From assembly GCF_963921235.1 (NCBI RefSeq), contig NC_086101.1:7566001-7630000 (forward strand): a DNA stretch of 64,000 nt, read 5' to 3'. Shown in pieces: positions 13,424-26,100 of the stretch. The number at the start of each line of letters is the position of its first letter. Position 1 is the stretch's first letter. Under the pieces are notes generated by a model. The model was given only the letters and a program-made list of their open reading frames with translations, did not search any database and was not told the origin of the DNA. Origin of the DNA: Mobula hypostoma (lineage: Eukaryota). Both the position numbers and the translations under genes were made by a program.

Positions 13424-14179
13424 CTGCAAGAATCAGTTTTAAAGTAGAACATGAACATTACAGCCGTGATGTTGTGCTGAGATTTGATCAACGCAACCCT
13501 TCCCTCCAACAGTTTTACTATCTAACTGTAAGAGTCTCTTAAATGCCCCTAATATATCTGCCTCTACTACAACCCCTGGCAGGGCGTTCCACATACCCAC
13601 CACTCTGTATAAAAATACCTACTTCTGACATTCTCCATACTTTCCTCCAATCACGATAAAAATTACACTCCACGCCTGCCCCCCTTGTATTAGCCATTTC
13701 TGCCTTGAGAAAAATGCCAGTGGCTGTCCATTCTTTATGCCTCTTATCATCATGTACTCCTCTATCAGGTCAGCTCTCATGCTCCTTTGTTCCAAAGAGA
13801 TGGGGTTAAGATGAAGTAAACAAGCAAGGAATGAATGAAGGAGCAGATTCAATGGGCTGAATGGCCGAATTCTGCTTCTATGTCTTATGGTCTAAGATAG
13901 GAGTTTGGGAATAGCTGGGGGGTGGGGTAGCTTGCAAGTTTTGCCAAGCTTCTGGCACCAACATTACAAGCCCACAACCTATTGTAACCTTTAAGTTTTT
14001 GCACCAGAGCACCTGGGGGAAAACACATGCGATCATGGGGCGAATGTACAAACTGCTTTTAGACAGCAGTGTGAATTCAACTCCAGTTTCTGGCACTGTG
14101 AAGTGTTAAACTAACCATTAAACTACCATGCTGGGGTGGTTAATTTTAAAAATCACTAATGGTATGCAGTCATGAGACA

Positions 14180-14182
<3 letters not shown>

Positions 14183-14229
<47 letters not shown>
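14183..14229. repeat. (CA)n microsatellite
   Basis: Uninterrupted AC run of ~47 bp. Confidence 0.97.
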
Positions 14230-14230
<1 letters not shown>

Positions 14231-14554
14231 CAATGTACATCTGAGTTCGAACAAGCTCCTCTGGAAACCAGAGTGAAAAGTGAAAATGCTGGAAGAACTC
14301 AGTAAACCAAACAGCATCTGTGGGGGTAGAATCAGTACTGTTACTTTGGGCCAAACTGTTTCAGAACCAAAAAAGAGAGAACTACAGATATGAAGTTGCT
14401 TGTTCTAATTAAGATATATTTTATTAGTTGTTGCAGGTTTGCCTTGTCTCCACTCCATTCAAACTTATCGACATCTTTCCTGTAGGTAGGCGACCAGAAA
14501 TGCACACAATACTTACTCTCAGTTTGGCTTCACCAATGTCTTATACAACTTCAC

Positions 14555-15830
14555 TACGACTTGACTCCATTCTCCAAAAGCAGAATTTCCCAGTGGCCAA
14601 ACATTTTAATTTCAATCCCCATCCCAACACATTGGTCCATTGCCTCCTCTTGTGCCATGATGTGGCCACTCTTAGTTAGGTTGGAGGAACAACATCTCAT
14701 ATTCCTTCTAGGTAGCCTCCAAGCAGATGGCATGAACATCGATTTCTCCTCCCGGTATTCTCTCCCCCTCTCTGGCCTCTTACCTCTTCTTCCCCTCCCA
14801 TGGTCCAATCCCCTCTCCTATCAGATTCCTTCCTCTCCGCGCTTTGTTTCCCACCCAACTTGATTCAGCATCACGAGGAAATCTGCAGATGCTGGAATTT
14901 CAAGCAACACACATAAAAGTTGCTGGTGAACACAGCAGGTCAGGCAGCATCTCTAGGAAAAGGTACAGTCGACATTTCGGGCCGAGACCCTTCGTCAGGA
15001 CTAACTGAAAGAGATAGCAGGAGATTTGAAAGTGGGAGGGGAGAAGGAGATCCAAAGTGATCGGAGAAGACAGGAGTTGGAGAGATGAAGCCAAGAGCTG
15101 GACAGTTGATTGGATTGGAGAAGATGGGGGGGGGGGGCAGGGAGAGATGGAGCCAATATCATAGTATCGAGGGATAGTAGCCTCCAACCTAATGGCATGA
15201 ACATTGACTTCTCAAACTTCCACTAATGCCCCACCTCACCCTCGTACCCCATCCGTTATTTATTTATATACACACATTCGTTTTCTCTCTCTCCTTTTTC
15301 TCCCTCTGTCCTTCTCACTATACCCCTTTCCCACCCTCTGGGTTCCCCCCCACCTTTTCCTTCTCCCTGGGCCTCCTGTTCCATGATCCTCTCATATCTC
15401 CTTTGCCAATCACCTGTCCAGCTCTTGGTTCCATCCCTCCCCCTCCTGTCTTCTCCGATCATTTTAGATCTCCTCCTCCCACTTTCAAATCTCTTACTAG
15501 CTCTTCCTTCAGTTAGTCCTGACGAAGGGTCTCGGCCCGAAACATCGACTGTACCTCTTCCTAGAGATGCTGCCTGGCCTGCTGCGTTCACCAGCAACTT
15601 TGATGCGTGTTGCTTGATTCAGCATCACCTTCCAGCTAGTCCTCCTTCCCCTCCACCCACCTTTTTATCCTGGCATCTTCCCCCTTTCTTTACAGTCCCG
15701 ATGAAGGGTCTGCACCTGAAATGTCGACAGCTTATTGGTTTTCATGGATGCTGCCTGACCTGCTGAGTTCCTCCAGCATTTTGTGTGTGTTGCTTTGGAT
15801 TTCCAGTATCTGCAGAATGTCTTGTATTTA
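14555..15830. mobile_element. Composite Penelope-like locus: a younger insertion (14875-15612) with an inverted partial terminal repeat, inside an older Penelope 3' fragment
   Basis: CTTGATTCAGCATCAC at 14859-14874 and 15613-15628. ~14892-15125 is the reverse complement of ~15400-15617. Host carries RLEEQHLIFLLGSLQADGMNIDFS. Confidence 0.85.
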
Positions 15831-16441
15831 CCCTATACTCAGTGGAGGCCAGTATCCCGAAAGCCATCAGATTTCTGAATGACATTGAACCCATGAACAC
15901 TGCCTCACTACTTTCTTTCCTCTTACACCAATTCAACTTTTTAAAAAATACATACACCTTACTGTAATCTACAGTTTGTATTATGTACTGCACTATACTG
16001 CAGCCACATAAATGTCACGACATATACCAGTGATATTAAACCCGATTCTGAGCTCTGTTTACAACCCTAACTACTGTAAAGAAATTATGGATGTGTATTC
16101 CCTGATCCCTTTGTTCCACTGCACTCCTCTGTGCCCTGCTGCTCACAGTATAGGTACCACCCTGGCTTGTCCTCCCACAGTGCGGTACGTCAGTCTCGTC
16201 TGCATTTAATTCCATCTGCCATTTTTCGGCCCATTTTTCCAGATGGTCCAGATCTCACTGCAAACTCTTAACAGTCTTCCTCGCTGACCGCTGCACGCCC
16301 ACTCTCGGTGTCATGTGGAATTGTTGAAGGTGGTGATATGATTGTGCTAATTTGAATTTACGGATGACAGTATTTAGCATGCAAACTGGATTATAAAAAA
16401 CAAACCTGCATGCACCCATCTATTAAAGTGGAGGAACTAAC

Positions 16442-16522
16442 CTTTGACTTGGCTGCTTTGAGCCTTGGTCTTACTGGAGGAGCTTAAAGCACTGCCAATC
16501 TTGTCTGCCAGATAGCGGCAGC
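16442..16522 (-). CDS. Coding exon: (G)CRYLADKIGSALSSSSKTKAQSSQVK(G)
   Basis: Very strong acceptor ttttattttttttttacag|GC, donor AAG|gttagt. 81 nt. The only stop-free frame is phase 1->1, which matches both neighbours. Confidence 0.7.
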
Positions 16523-19080
16523 CTGTAAAAAAAAAATAAAATTCAAAGTATTGTACTATATTTAATGGTTCACATTTAAACCATTCCAAAGAGGTGATCA
16601 CAGCAATGTTTTATTAAAGTTTTACACCATATAAGGAACTTTCAGAAGATCAGAAAACTTTTGGCCAAGTAAATGACTTTGGAAGCTGTCGGCACATCGT
16701 ACCACAGAACTGAGTTTGGATTACTTCTATCAGGTTTGTTGGTTCTTAAGGGCAAGTGGCAGAGAAAGGAGAGAGGATGGTTGCCAGTTAACTAAACTTG
16801 TCCAGAAGATAGAATTATTGAGTGTATGCTAGGAGCCGCTGTGTCCAGGTAAATAACTTTTATTCTACTGCACTGTACACAAAATACCAGAGGAACTCAG
16901 CAAGCAAGGCAGCATCTACAAAGGGGAATAATGTCTCCTGTGTATTCCCCTCCATAGATGCTGCCCAACTTGCTGGGTTCCTCCAGAATTATGTACGTGT
17001 GTTGCTCGAGATTTCCAGCTTTTCTACATGAAAGATTCCCGTGGGAAAGCGGCATACATCATTAAAAACCCTCACCACCCAGGTCATGCTCTGTTCTTGC
17101 TGCTGCCGTCAGGTGGAAGGTACAAGTGCCTCGTGGCACCTAACACTAAGTTCAAGAACAGTTTCTACCCCTCAATCATCAGGCTCTTGAACAAAAGAGG
17201 ACAACTACACTCATTCCATTTCTGGTGTTCCCATAACCAATGATCTCACTTTAAGGACTCTATCTTGTTATTTCATGAGCTCATTATTTATTGCTATTAT
17301 ATTTGCATTGGTCTTGTTTACAGTTACTGCTCTATAGTTCTGCTGAGTATGCTTGCAGGAAAGAGAACCTCAGGGATGTATGTGGTGACTATTTGAGGAG
17401 TGAAGGGGTAAACATATGAGGAGCTCTGGGCCTGTACTCACTGGAATTTAGAAGAATGCATGAAGATCTCTGAAACCTACTGAATGTTGAAAGGACTGGA
17501 TAAGGTGGATGTGGAGAGGGTGTTTCCAATGGTGGGGATATCCAGAACTAGAGGGCACAGCCTCAAAATTGAAGAACGACCCTTTGGAACAGAGGTCGGG
17601 AGAAATTTTTTTAGCCAGAGAGTAGTAAATTTGTGGAATGCTCTGCCACAGACTCTGGTGGAGGCCACGTCCGTGTGTATATTGAAGGCAGAAGTTGATT
17701 GTTTCCTCATCAGAATCAGGTTTATTATCACCGGCATGTGACGTGAAACTGCAGCAGCAGTTGGATGCAATGCATAATTTAGTAGATTTTTTTTTAAATT
17801 AAAATAAACAAAGTAAATCAATTACGTATATTGAAAGGATTTTTTAAAAAATCTGCAAAAACAGAAATACTGTATGAGGTAGTGTCCAAAGATTCAAAGT
17901 CCATTTAGGAATCGGATGGCAGAGGGGAAGAAGCTGTTACTGAATCACTGAGTGTGTGCCTTCAGGCTTCTGTACCTCCTACCTGATGGTAACAGTGAGA
18001 AAAGGGCATGCCCTGGGTGCTGGAGGTCCTTAATAATGGACGCTGCCTTTCCGAGACACTGCTCCCTGAAGACGTCCTGGGTATTTTGTAGACGAGTACC
18101 CAAGATGGAGCTGACAAGATTTACAACCTTCTGCAGCTTCTTTCGGTCCCCCTCCATACCAGACAGTGATGCAGCCTCTGAGAATGGTCAGGACATCGAG
18201 GGATATGGTGGGAAGGCTGGTGTATGGGGTTGAGTGGGATTGGGGATCAGCGATGATGGAATAGCAGAGCAGACTCGATGGGCTGAATGGTCTTGTGTAT
18301 GTACTCTGATAATAAATTTGACTTTGAACCTATAGAATTTTTTTGTGTTTATTGCACGGCATTAGGTTTTACATACAAAACACAAAATAATTGATTGCAC
18401 AAGTATTCATCCCCGTCAAGTCAGTATTTAGTAGCTGTATCTTTGGCAGTGATTACAACCTTCAGTCTGTCTCGACTCCAGGACGTTAACTTTGTTGTTT
18501 TTAAGCCATTCCTTTGTAACTTTGGCTTTATGCTTGGGGTCATTGCCTTGCTGAAAAACAAATCTTCTCCCAAGCCGCAGTTCTGTTGCGGACTGCGCCA
18601 GGTTTCCCTCCAAGATTTCCCTGTATTTTGCTGCATTCATTTTACCGTCTACCTTACAAGCGGTGAAGCATCCCCACTTCATGATGCAGCCACCACCATG
18701 TCTCACAGTAGGGATGGTGTCGACTTTGACGGTGTGCGGTGTTTGGCTTATGCCAAACATAGCTTTTAGTCTGATGGGCGAAAGGCTTAATTTTGGTTTC
18801 ATCAGACCATAGGACCTTCTGGCAGATTACTTCTGGTAAACTCTAGCTGAGATTTCATGTGAGTTTTTTCAACAGAGGCTTTCTCTTTGCCACTCTCCCA
18901 TGAAGCTGCGACTGGTGACGTACCCGGGCAACAGTTGTGTGTGCAGTCTTCTATCTCAGCCACTGAAGCTTGTAACTCCTCCAGAGTTATATGTTTCTTA
19001 GTGGCCTCGCTCACTAGTCCCCTTCTTGCACAGACATTCAGTTTTTGAGGATGGCCTGCTCAAGGCAGACGTACAGCTGT

Positions 19081-19760
19081 GACCCGTTTCCATCCAGGGG
19101 GTCAATGTGGACATGGTGGAGGATTAGAAATACCTGGGGATACGAATTGACAATAAACTGGACTGGTCAAAGAACACTGAGGCTCTCTACAAGAAGGGTC
19201 AGAGCCGTCTCTATTTCCTGAGGAGACTGAGGTCCTTTAGCAACTGTTGGACGATGCTGAGGATGTTCTACGAGTCTGTGGTGGCCAGTGCGATCATGTT
19301 TGCTGTTGTGTGCTGGGGCAGCAGGCTGAGGGTGGCAGACACAGAATCAACAAACTCATCCTAAGGCCAGTGAAGTTGTGGGGATGGAACTGGACTCTCT
19401 GATGGTGATGTCCGAAAAGAGGATGCTGTCCAAGTTGCATGCCATTTTGGACAATGTCTCCCATCCACTACATAATGTACTGGATGGGCACAGGAACACT
19501 TTCAGCCAGAGACTCATTCCACCGAGATGCAACACAGAGCATCACAGGATGTCATTCCTGCCTGTGGCCATCAAACTTTACAACTCCTCCCTTGGAGGGT
19601 CAGACACCCTGAGCCAATGGGCTGGTCCTGGACATATTTCATAATTTACTGGCATAATTTGCATATTACTATTTAATTATTTATGGTTTTATGACTTATT
19701 TATGGTGCAACTGTAATGAAAACCAATTTCCCCCAGGATCAATACAGTATGACTATGAAT
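19081..19760 (+). mobile_element. Rex1/Babar-type LINE 3' fragment inserted in the Tc1
   Basis: Same family as 53.1-54.4 kb (KKGQSRLYFLRRL, SFLPVAIKLYN). Tail tatgactatga. Confidence 0.88.
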
Positions 19761-20249
19761 ATTATAGAACATAGAATAGTACAGCACAGTACAGGCCCTT
19801 CAGCCCACATTGTTGTGCTGACCCTCAAACCCTGCCTCCCATATAACTCCTCCACCTTAAATTCCTCCATATACCTGTCTAGTAGTCTCTTAAATTCTTT
19901 CCATTTCTTGATGATTGACTTAACTGCACTCCAGGGGATATTCAGTGACTTGGAAATATCCTTGTATCCATACCCTGACTGTGCATTTCAATAAACTTTT
20001 CTCAGAGTTGCTTGGAGTGTTCTTTTGTCTTCATGGTGTAGTTTTTTTTTTGCCAGGATGCTGACTTACCAGCGTTGCCCCTTCCAGATACAGCTGCATT
20101 TTTACCACAATCAATTGAAACATCTTGACTACACACAGGTCTCTAATTAACTAATCATGTGACTTCTAAAACCAGTTGGCTGCACCAGTGATGATATTCA
20201 CAGCACGCTGGAGGAACTCAGCAGGTCGGGCAGCATCTGTGGAAAAGGT

Positions 20250-20287
20250 CAGTCGACGTTTCGAGCCGGAACCCTTCGTCAGGACTG
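20250..20287 (-). ncRNA. Minimal type I hammerhead ribozyme motif in a Penelope-derived insert
   Basis: Minus strand reads CAGUC-CUGACGA-A-GGGU(UCCG)GCUC-GAAA-CGUC-GACUG: 5-bp stem I, canonical core, stem II and GUC site. The insert is flanked by a 14-bp duplication ACCAGTGATGATAT. Confidence 0.75.
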
Positions 20288-21109
20288 TAGAGGGAGGGGG
20301 CAGAGACCCTATAAAGAAGGTGGGGGGAGGGTGGGAAGGAGAAGGCTAGTGAACATCAGCAGATTATTTTGTGTTTACCAGTGATGATATGATGTATCAG
20401 ATTAAAGGGGGGGGGTGAATACTTTTTAATAGGATATACGTGGATTTAGTGTTCTAGTGTTGTAAGTATACATGCAGATTCATATATACAAATGATATCA
20501 TAACCAAATCTTAAGAATGACAGTCTTAGTTCTTGAAATATTTGCCAGTCATTATAAAGAAGCAATATCTGGCATGAGTGAGCTGTTGGAAAGGAATGTG
20601 GTTCGTCAGCCTTCGCAAAAGATAAACCCCAATCCGTATTTTTTACCTAACCCGTTCATAGCGTTACACAACGTCTCCGCCCCTTTCAAATTAGAACAAG
20701 CTGCAAAGCAGAACGAAAACATGAACTGGCAGACTCCACATGTGTGGATGGAACTTTTACACACCTACAGATTATTAACCTAGTTTTGGTAATATATATA
20801 AACTCAATTAACTTGCACATTGGAGAATGCAAGAACATCCTAACTTATGTAAGATAGATATCTCAACCCAGTTACTAACCTTTAATATTCAATATTCCAT
20901 TGATATGACTTCCTAATACAGGTTTTAATCTGGCCTCTGAAATGGAATTACCTCTGGGTAATTTTTAACCGAGTATATATTTTAAACCAACCAGTTTGGT
21001 TGCGAAATGTAAACGTGAAGTAATGGAAACGCCCGACACCTGTTTTCTTTTTTAAAGTTAAACTCCCTTGTTTTAAATATATACATAAGCTGTAGCCGCT
21101 CTTACTCAC

Positions 21110-21400
21110 CTTCTATGATTAGTCAGGCCATCTTTTGTTCCTGCTTTTAGGTTCTTTCTCTCCAGAAAGAAAAACCAGTCAATGAATGCCTTCGCTCAGT
21201 CGGACACTTCCGCCTTGAACTGCCACAGCTGCTGTAACGCGATGCGTCCAAATAAAGGCCGACCTTTGAGGCGTAGGGGGGACCTACAACACAATATACA
21301 CCAGGCCGACCAGCCCAGCCGCCAGTCATCCGCGGCCGCGGTTCCTCATTGGTTCAATGGCAGGCTCCGACAAATCTGTCTCATTTGCAATGCTGATTCA
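21110..21400 (-). promoter_or_regulatory. Promoter-like, CpG-enriched island with a candidate non-coding first exon ending at a donor at 21110
   Basis: Local CpG enrichment, ETS-type GGCGGAAGTG (~21205-21214, minus), CCAAT box (ATTGG ~21348-21352), palindrome CCGCGGCCGCGG, donor AAG|gtgagt. Confidence 0.45.
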
Positions 21401-21589
21401 CGCAATTCATCCAGAAACAAACTTACGAGTGAAGTGTTCCAAATAATCAGAACGCAGCCTGCATCCGCAGGGAGATGTCAGTTCACATTCCGAGCAGATA
21501 AGCATTAAGCAATAATCACAGAGCCTGGTCGTGGGGGGATAAATTCGGTCAGAGTTCTCATCCTCATCTCCGATTTTTCTTTTGGGCGA

Positions 21590-23360
21590 TGAAGAGAGGG
21601 GAGCCAGAGTGGGGAATGGAAAAAGAGAGGAGGGAGGGGTGAGAAATCGATGTTCATGCCATCAGGCAGGAAGCCACCCAGGCGAGCAATGAGGTGTTTC
21701 CCTTCCAGCTGAGAGTGGACTCATCGTGGCAATAGAGGTGACCATGGACAGACCTGTCAAATAGAACATAGAACATAGAATAGTACAGCACAGTACAGGC
21801 CCTTCGGCCCACAATGTTGTGCTGACCCTTAAACCCTGCCTCCCATATAACCCCCCACCTTAGATTCCTCCATATACCTATCTACTTGTCTCTTAAACTT
21901 CACTAGTGTATCTGCCTCCACCACTGACTCAGGCAGTGCATTCCACACACCAACCACTCTCTGAGTAAAGAACCTTCCTCTAATATCCCCCTTGAACTTC
22001 CCACCCTTTACCTTAAAGCCATGTCCTCTTGTATTGAGCAGTGGTGCCCTGGGAAGAGGCGCTGGCTATCTACTCTATCTATTCCTCTTATTATCTTGTA
22101 CACCTCTATCATGTCTCCTCTCATCCTCCTTCTCTTCAAAGAGTAAAGCCCTCACTCCCTTAATCTCTGATAATAATGCATACTCTCTAAACCAGGCAGC
22201 ATCCTGGTAAATCTCCTCTGTACCCTTTCCAATGCTTCCACATCCTTCCTATAGTGAGGTGACCGGAACTGGACACAGTACTCCAAGTGTGGCCTAACCA
22301 GAGTTTTATAGAGCTGCATTATTACCTCGTGACTCTTAAACTCTATCCCTCGACTTATGAAAGCTAACACCCCATAAGCTTTCTTAACTACCCTCTTCAC
22401 CTGTGAGGCAACTTTCAGGGATCTGTGGACATTTACCCCCAGATCTCTCTGCTCCTCCACACTACCAAGTATCCTGCCATTTACTTTGTACTCTGCCTTG
22501 GAGTTTGTCCTTCCAAAGTGTACCACCTCACACTTCTCCGGGTTGAACTCCATCTGCCACTTCACAGCCCACTTCTACATCCTATCAATGTCTCTCTGCA
22601 ATCTTCGACAATCTTCTACACTATCCACAACACCACCAACCTTTGTGTTGTCTGCAAATTTGCCAACCCACCCTTCTACCCCCACATCCAGGTCATTAAT
22701 AAAAATCATGAAATGTAGAGGTCCCAGAACCTCAGCAGGACTTAGTCTCAGTCACTAACACCAATATCGAATTCAGCCGAACAACTACTTCCTAGCTTCA
22801 GAAATATTTACAGAAAAGCTTCCTTGTCACGCGTAATCATCGAAACATACAGTGAAATGTATTCGTTGTGTCAACAACCAACACAGTCCGAGCATGTGCT
22901 TCCGGGTGAGGCAGCAATTCATTTCTTGTGGGACACCACTAGTCACAATCCTCCAATCTGAATGTACTCCCTCCACCACCACCCTCTGCCTTCTGCAGGC
23001 AAGCCAATTCTGAATCCACCTGGCCAAACTTCCCTGGATCCCATGCCTTCTAACTTTCTGAAAAAGCCTACCGTGTGGAACCTTGTCAAATGCCTTACTA
23101 AAATCCATATAGATCACATCCACTACACTACCCTCGTCTATATGCCTGGTCACTTCCTCAAAGAACTCTATCAGGCTTGTAAGACAAAATTGGGAATGGG
23201 AAGTCAAATGGGTAGCGTCCGGGAGGTCCTGCCTTTTGCGGCAGATGGAGTGAAGGTGCTCAGCAAAGCCATCTCCAATTTGCTCTGAGTCTCACAAAAG
23301 CAGAGGAGGCAGCACCGGATACAGTAGATGTTCCAAGAAATGAATTGCTGTCTCACCCGG
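21590..23360 (-). mobile_element. Old Penelope-like fragment split by a CR1 insertion
   Basis: ...atggacagacctgtcaaa (21760) continues as aattgggaatgggaag (~23188), collinear with 56600-56640. Confidence 0.75.
21761..23185 (-). mobile_element. CR1 LINE, 5'-truncated young copy, carrying a 199-bp templated insertion
   Basis: RT motifs CLTSLIEFFEEVT, DFSKAFDKVPH, LVRPHLEYC. Tail (TTCTATG)n. Near-identical to the 39.9-41.8 kb copy in the opposite orientation. Confidence 0.93.
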
Positions 23361-23532
23361 AAGCACATGCTCGGACCGTGTTGGTTGTTGACACAACGAA
23401 TACATTTCACTGTATGTTTCGATGATTACGTGTGACAAGGAAGCTTTTCTGTAAATATTTCTGAAGCTAGGAAGTAGTTGTTCGGCTGAATTTGATATTG
23501 GTGTTAGTGACTGAGACTAAGTCCTGTTGAGG
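22730..23532. repeat. 199-bp inverted repeat pair (22730-22928 and 23334-23532)
   Basis: Direct reverse-complement comparison, about 5 mismatches counted by eye. Confidence 0.95.
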
Positions 23533-26100
23533 AATTCGGGGTCTTGATTATAATTTTACGGATATCCTGGTACGTGTTGTGAACTGTTTCTTCACTGATC
23601 CCACACTGGCACTTAGTTGCAATGCCGTGGGCCCAACAGTCAGTGTTTCCAGTTCAAGTCAATGAAGTTATGTTTTAGGATGAAGCATCTGAGCCCAGTA
23701 CAGGTTGAAAGGTTTCCACAGCCCCATTGCAGAGGAGGAGCCCTCTCACTGTGCCCAAAGCCAAGATTTATTGATAAGCTAATAACATTTAAAACAAGTT
23801 CACAGCATGATTCAAGATTCAAAGTACATTTATTATCAAAGATCCTATAAATTATACAACCTTGAGATTTATTTGCTGACAGGCAGCCAGAAAGTAAGAA
23901 ACCCGAAAGAATCCAATTAAAGAAAAAACATTTAAGAGACCAATGTGCAAGTGAAAGGGGAGAAAAACACAAGCTGTGCAAACGATTGAAACGAACAACC
24001 ACAGCAGAATCTGCAGTTCTTCCTTGCAGTTGAATCTACATGGTGTTAACGTGCAATTTTATTTTTCTCTGGTGTTAACATCATGAGCTCCTCTACCATT
24101 AATGGCAAGACAGATGATTTGCAACACTAGCTGCATGTTTTTGTCCAGATCCACATTATCCTGATGTGGTGATCTATTGCCATTCCTTAATTTCTCCCTA
24201 TAGGTTCTGGAAATTGCTTCTCAAAACCATAGTGGAAGAATGTTCACCACACACACCGGTAGTTCTGTAGCATTTCGTGTAACGTTATTGTAGCACCATC
24301 GACCCAGGTTCAAATCCAGCTATCTTCTCCCCGTCTCCGTGCTCCGCTCTCCTCCAAAGACGTGCAGGTTAATTTTCACATGGGTGTAACTGGGCAGTGC
24401 AGGCTTGCTTGGCTGGAAAGGTCTGTTACCCTAATATCTCTGAACGAAAATTAAAGCATGGGTCACCGTTATCTTGGACAACTACAGATGATCAATAAAT
24501 ACTGACTTTGTGTCCTCTAAATAAAACCTCACAATTATCCTACTTGTGTCTTAATACAAAGACATGCTGGGAAATCCACCCCTCCTTTCACTATCGAAAC
24601 TCTCTGTAAATAGAAAATATCAATTGGGATGAACGTTGCTGTGCAAACTCAGAAATCCGAATCTGTTTCGAGCTATTTTGGTACAGTCTCTGCTTGGCAC
24701 TACCACAGAAATGGGCAAAAGCCCCATGTTGCTTGACGAGGATCTGGGCCATGCTCTCTTCTTGCTGTTGCCATCAAGTGAGAGAAAACAGGAGCCCCAG
24801 GTGCCACGCCACCAGGATCACAAAATTATTACCCTACAACCATCAGGCTCCTAAACCAGTGTGGATTTCTTCACTCACTGGTTCTTTACTCTGAACTGTT
24901 TCCACAAACTATAGACTTACATTAAGGACCATACAACTCATGTTCTCAGCATTACTTGTTTATCTGTCTCGCTATTTATCATTATTTCCTTTTTTATATT
25001 TGTACAATTGTTTTATTTTGCACATTGATTCTTTGTGAGTAGTTTTTCCATTCATTCTATTGCATTTCTCTGTTCTACTGTGTTGTGACCACCGCTATCA
25101 CCACTTGGTTTCCTGCCGTCCCCTCCCTCTCCAAGTCCAGGTTGCAGTGGGTGGCCCACTCAGCCGAGAAGATCATTGGCTGTCAGCTACCAACATTGAA
25201 AGACCTGTTCATCGCCAGAGCGAAGAATAGAGCTGAAAATATTACTGCTGTCCCACCCACTCTGTCAGTCACCAAATGTGCCATCAGGGAGATGGTACAA
25301 GTCCATCACCACCGGGACTACACATCACCTTCAAAGCGTCTTTCCTGTAGCTCTCCAGCATCTCCAACAAACTCACTCAGGTGTAACACCCTCACCGTCC
25401 CTGCACAACGTCCGTTAAATAGCCTGTCCTGCTCTCCTTGTTCTGTTGATAATTATTGATTCTGTTCATATGTTCACATTTGTTTCAGTTTGATTATTAA
25501 CGTTTGTATAGGTGACCGTGCTGCTAATTGTTGATTGCCCATGACTATTGTCTTGTAAACTGTTGGTTGCTATTGTGTTGCCTGTTATGGTATTGTCCTG
25601 CGTTTTATGCATCAACATTGATCAGAAGTGGAGAGAGTGAGCAATTTCAAGTTCCTGGGTGTCAAGATCCCTGAGGATCTAACCTGGCCCCAACGTTTCG
25701 ATGCAGTTACAAAGAAGGAACGACAGCAGCTATATTTCATCAGGAGTTTGAAGAGATTTGGTTTGTCACCTGGACTTCTACAGATGGGTTGTGGAGAGCA
25801 TTCTGACTGGCTGCATCACCACCTCGTATGGGGGAGGGGACTATTACAGAGGATCGTAGTAAGCTGCAGAGAGTTATAAAATTAGTCAGTTGCATGACGG
25901 GTACTAGCCACCATGGTATCCAAGGCATCTCCAAGGAGCAGTGCCTCAGAAAAGTGGCTTCCATCACTGAGGCCCCCCACACCCAGGCAAGCCCTCTTCT
26001 CACTGTCACTGTCGGGAAGGAGGTGTGGAAGCCTGAAGGCACACACCCAATGATTCAGGAACAGCTTCTTTCCTTCTGCCATCCCATTTCTGAACCTGCA

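Larger units (their letters stand above)
18330..20425 (-). mobile_element. Decayed Tc1/mariner transposon, interrupted by Rex, CR1 and Penelope fragments
   Basis: Transposase motifs PTVRHGGGCIMKWGCF and FVFQQGNDPKH. Inverted motifs aagtattcatcccc (~18401) and ggggtgaatactt (~20411). Confidence 0.85.

Noticed and set aside
21130..21190. Minus-strand AKAFIDWF resembling a glucagon-family peptide
   Set aside because: It is immediately preceded by an in-frame TGA, has no N-terminal HSxG/HADG motif and no acceptor. Probably chance.
21151..21256. Plus-strand terminal exon (acceptor at 21150, GSFSPERKTSQ-stop, AATAAA at 21251)
   Set aside because: I found no convincing upstream plus-strand exon chain. 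Candidates near 16.7-16.85 kb have stops in all frames.
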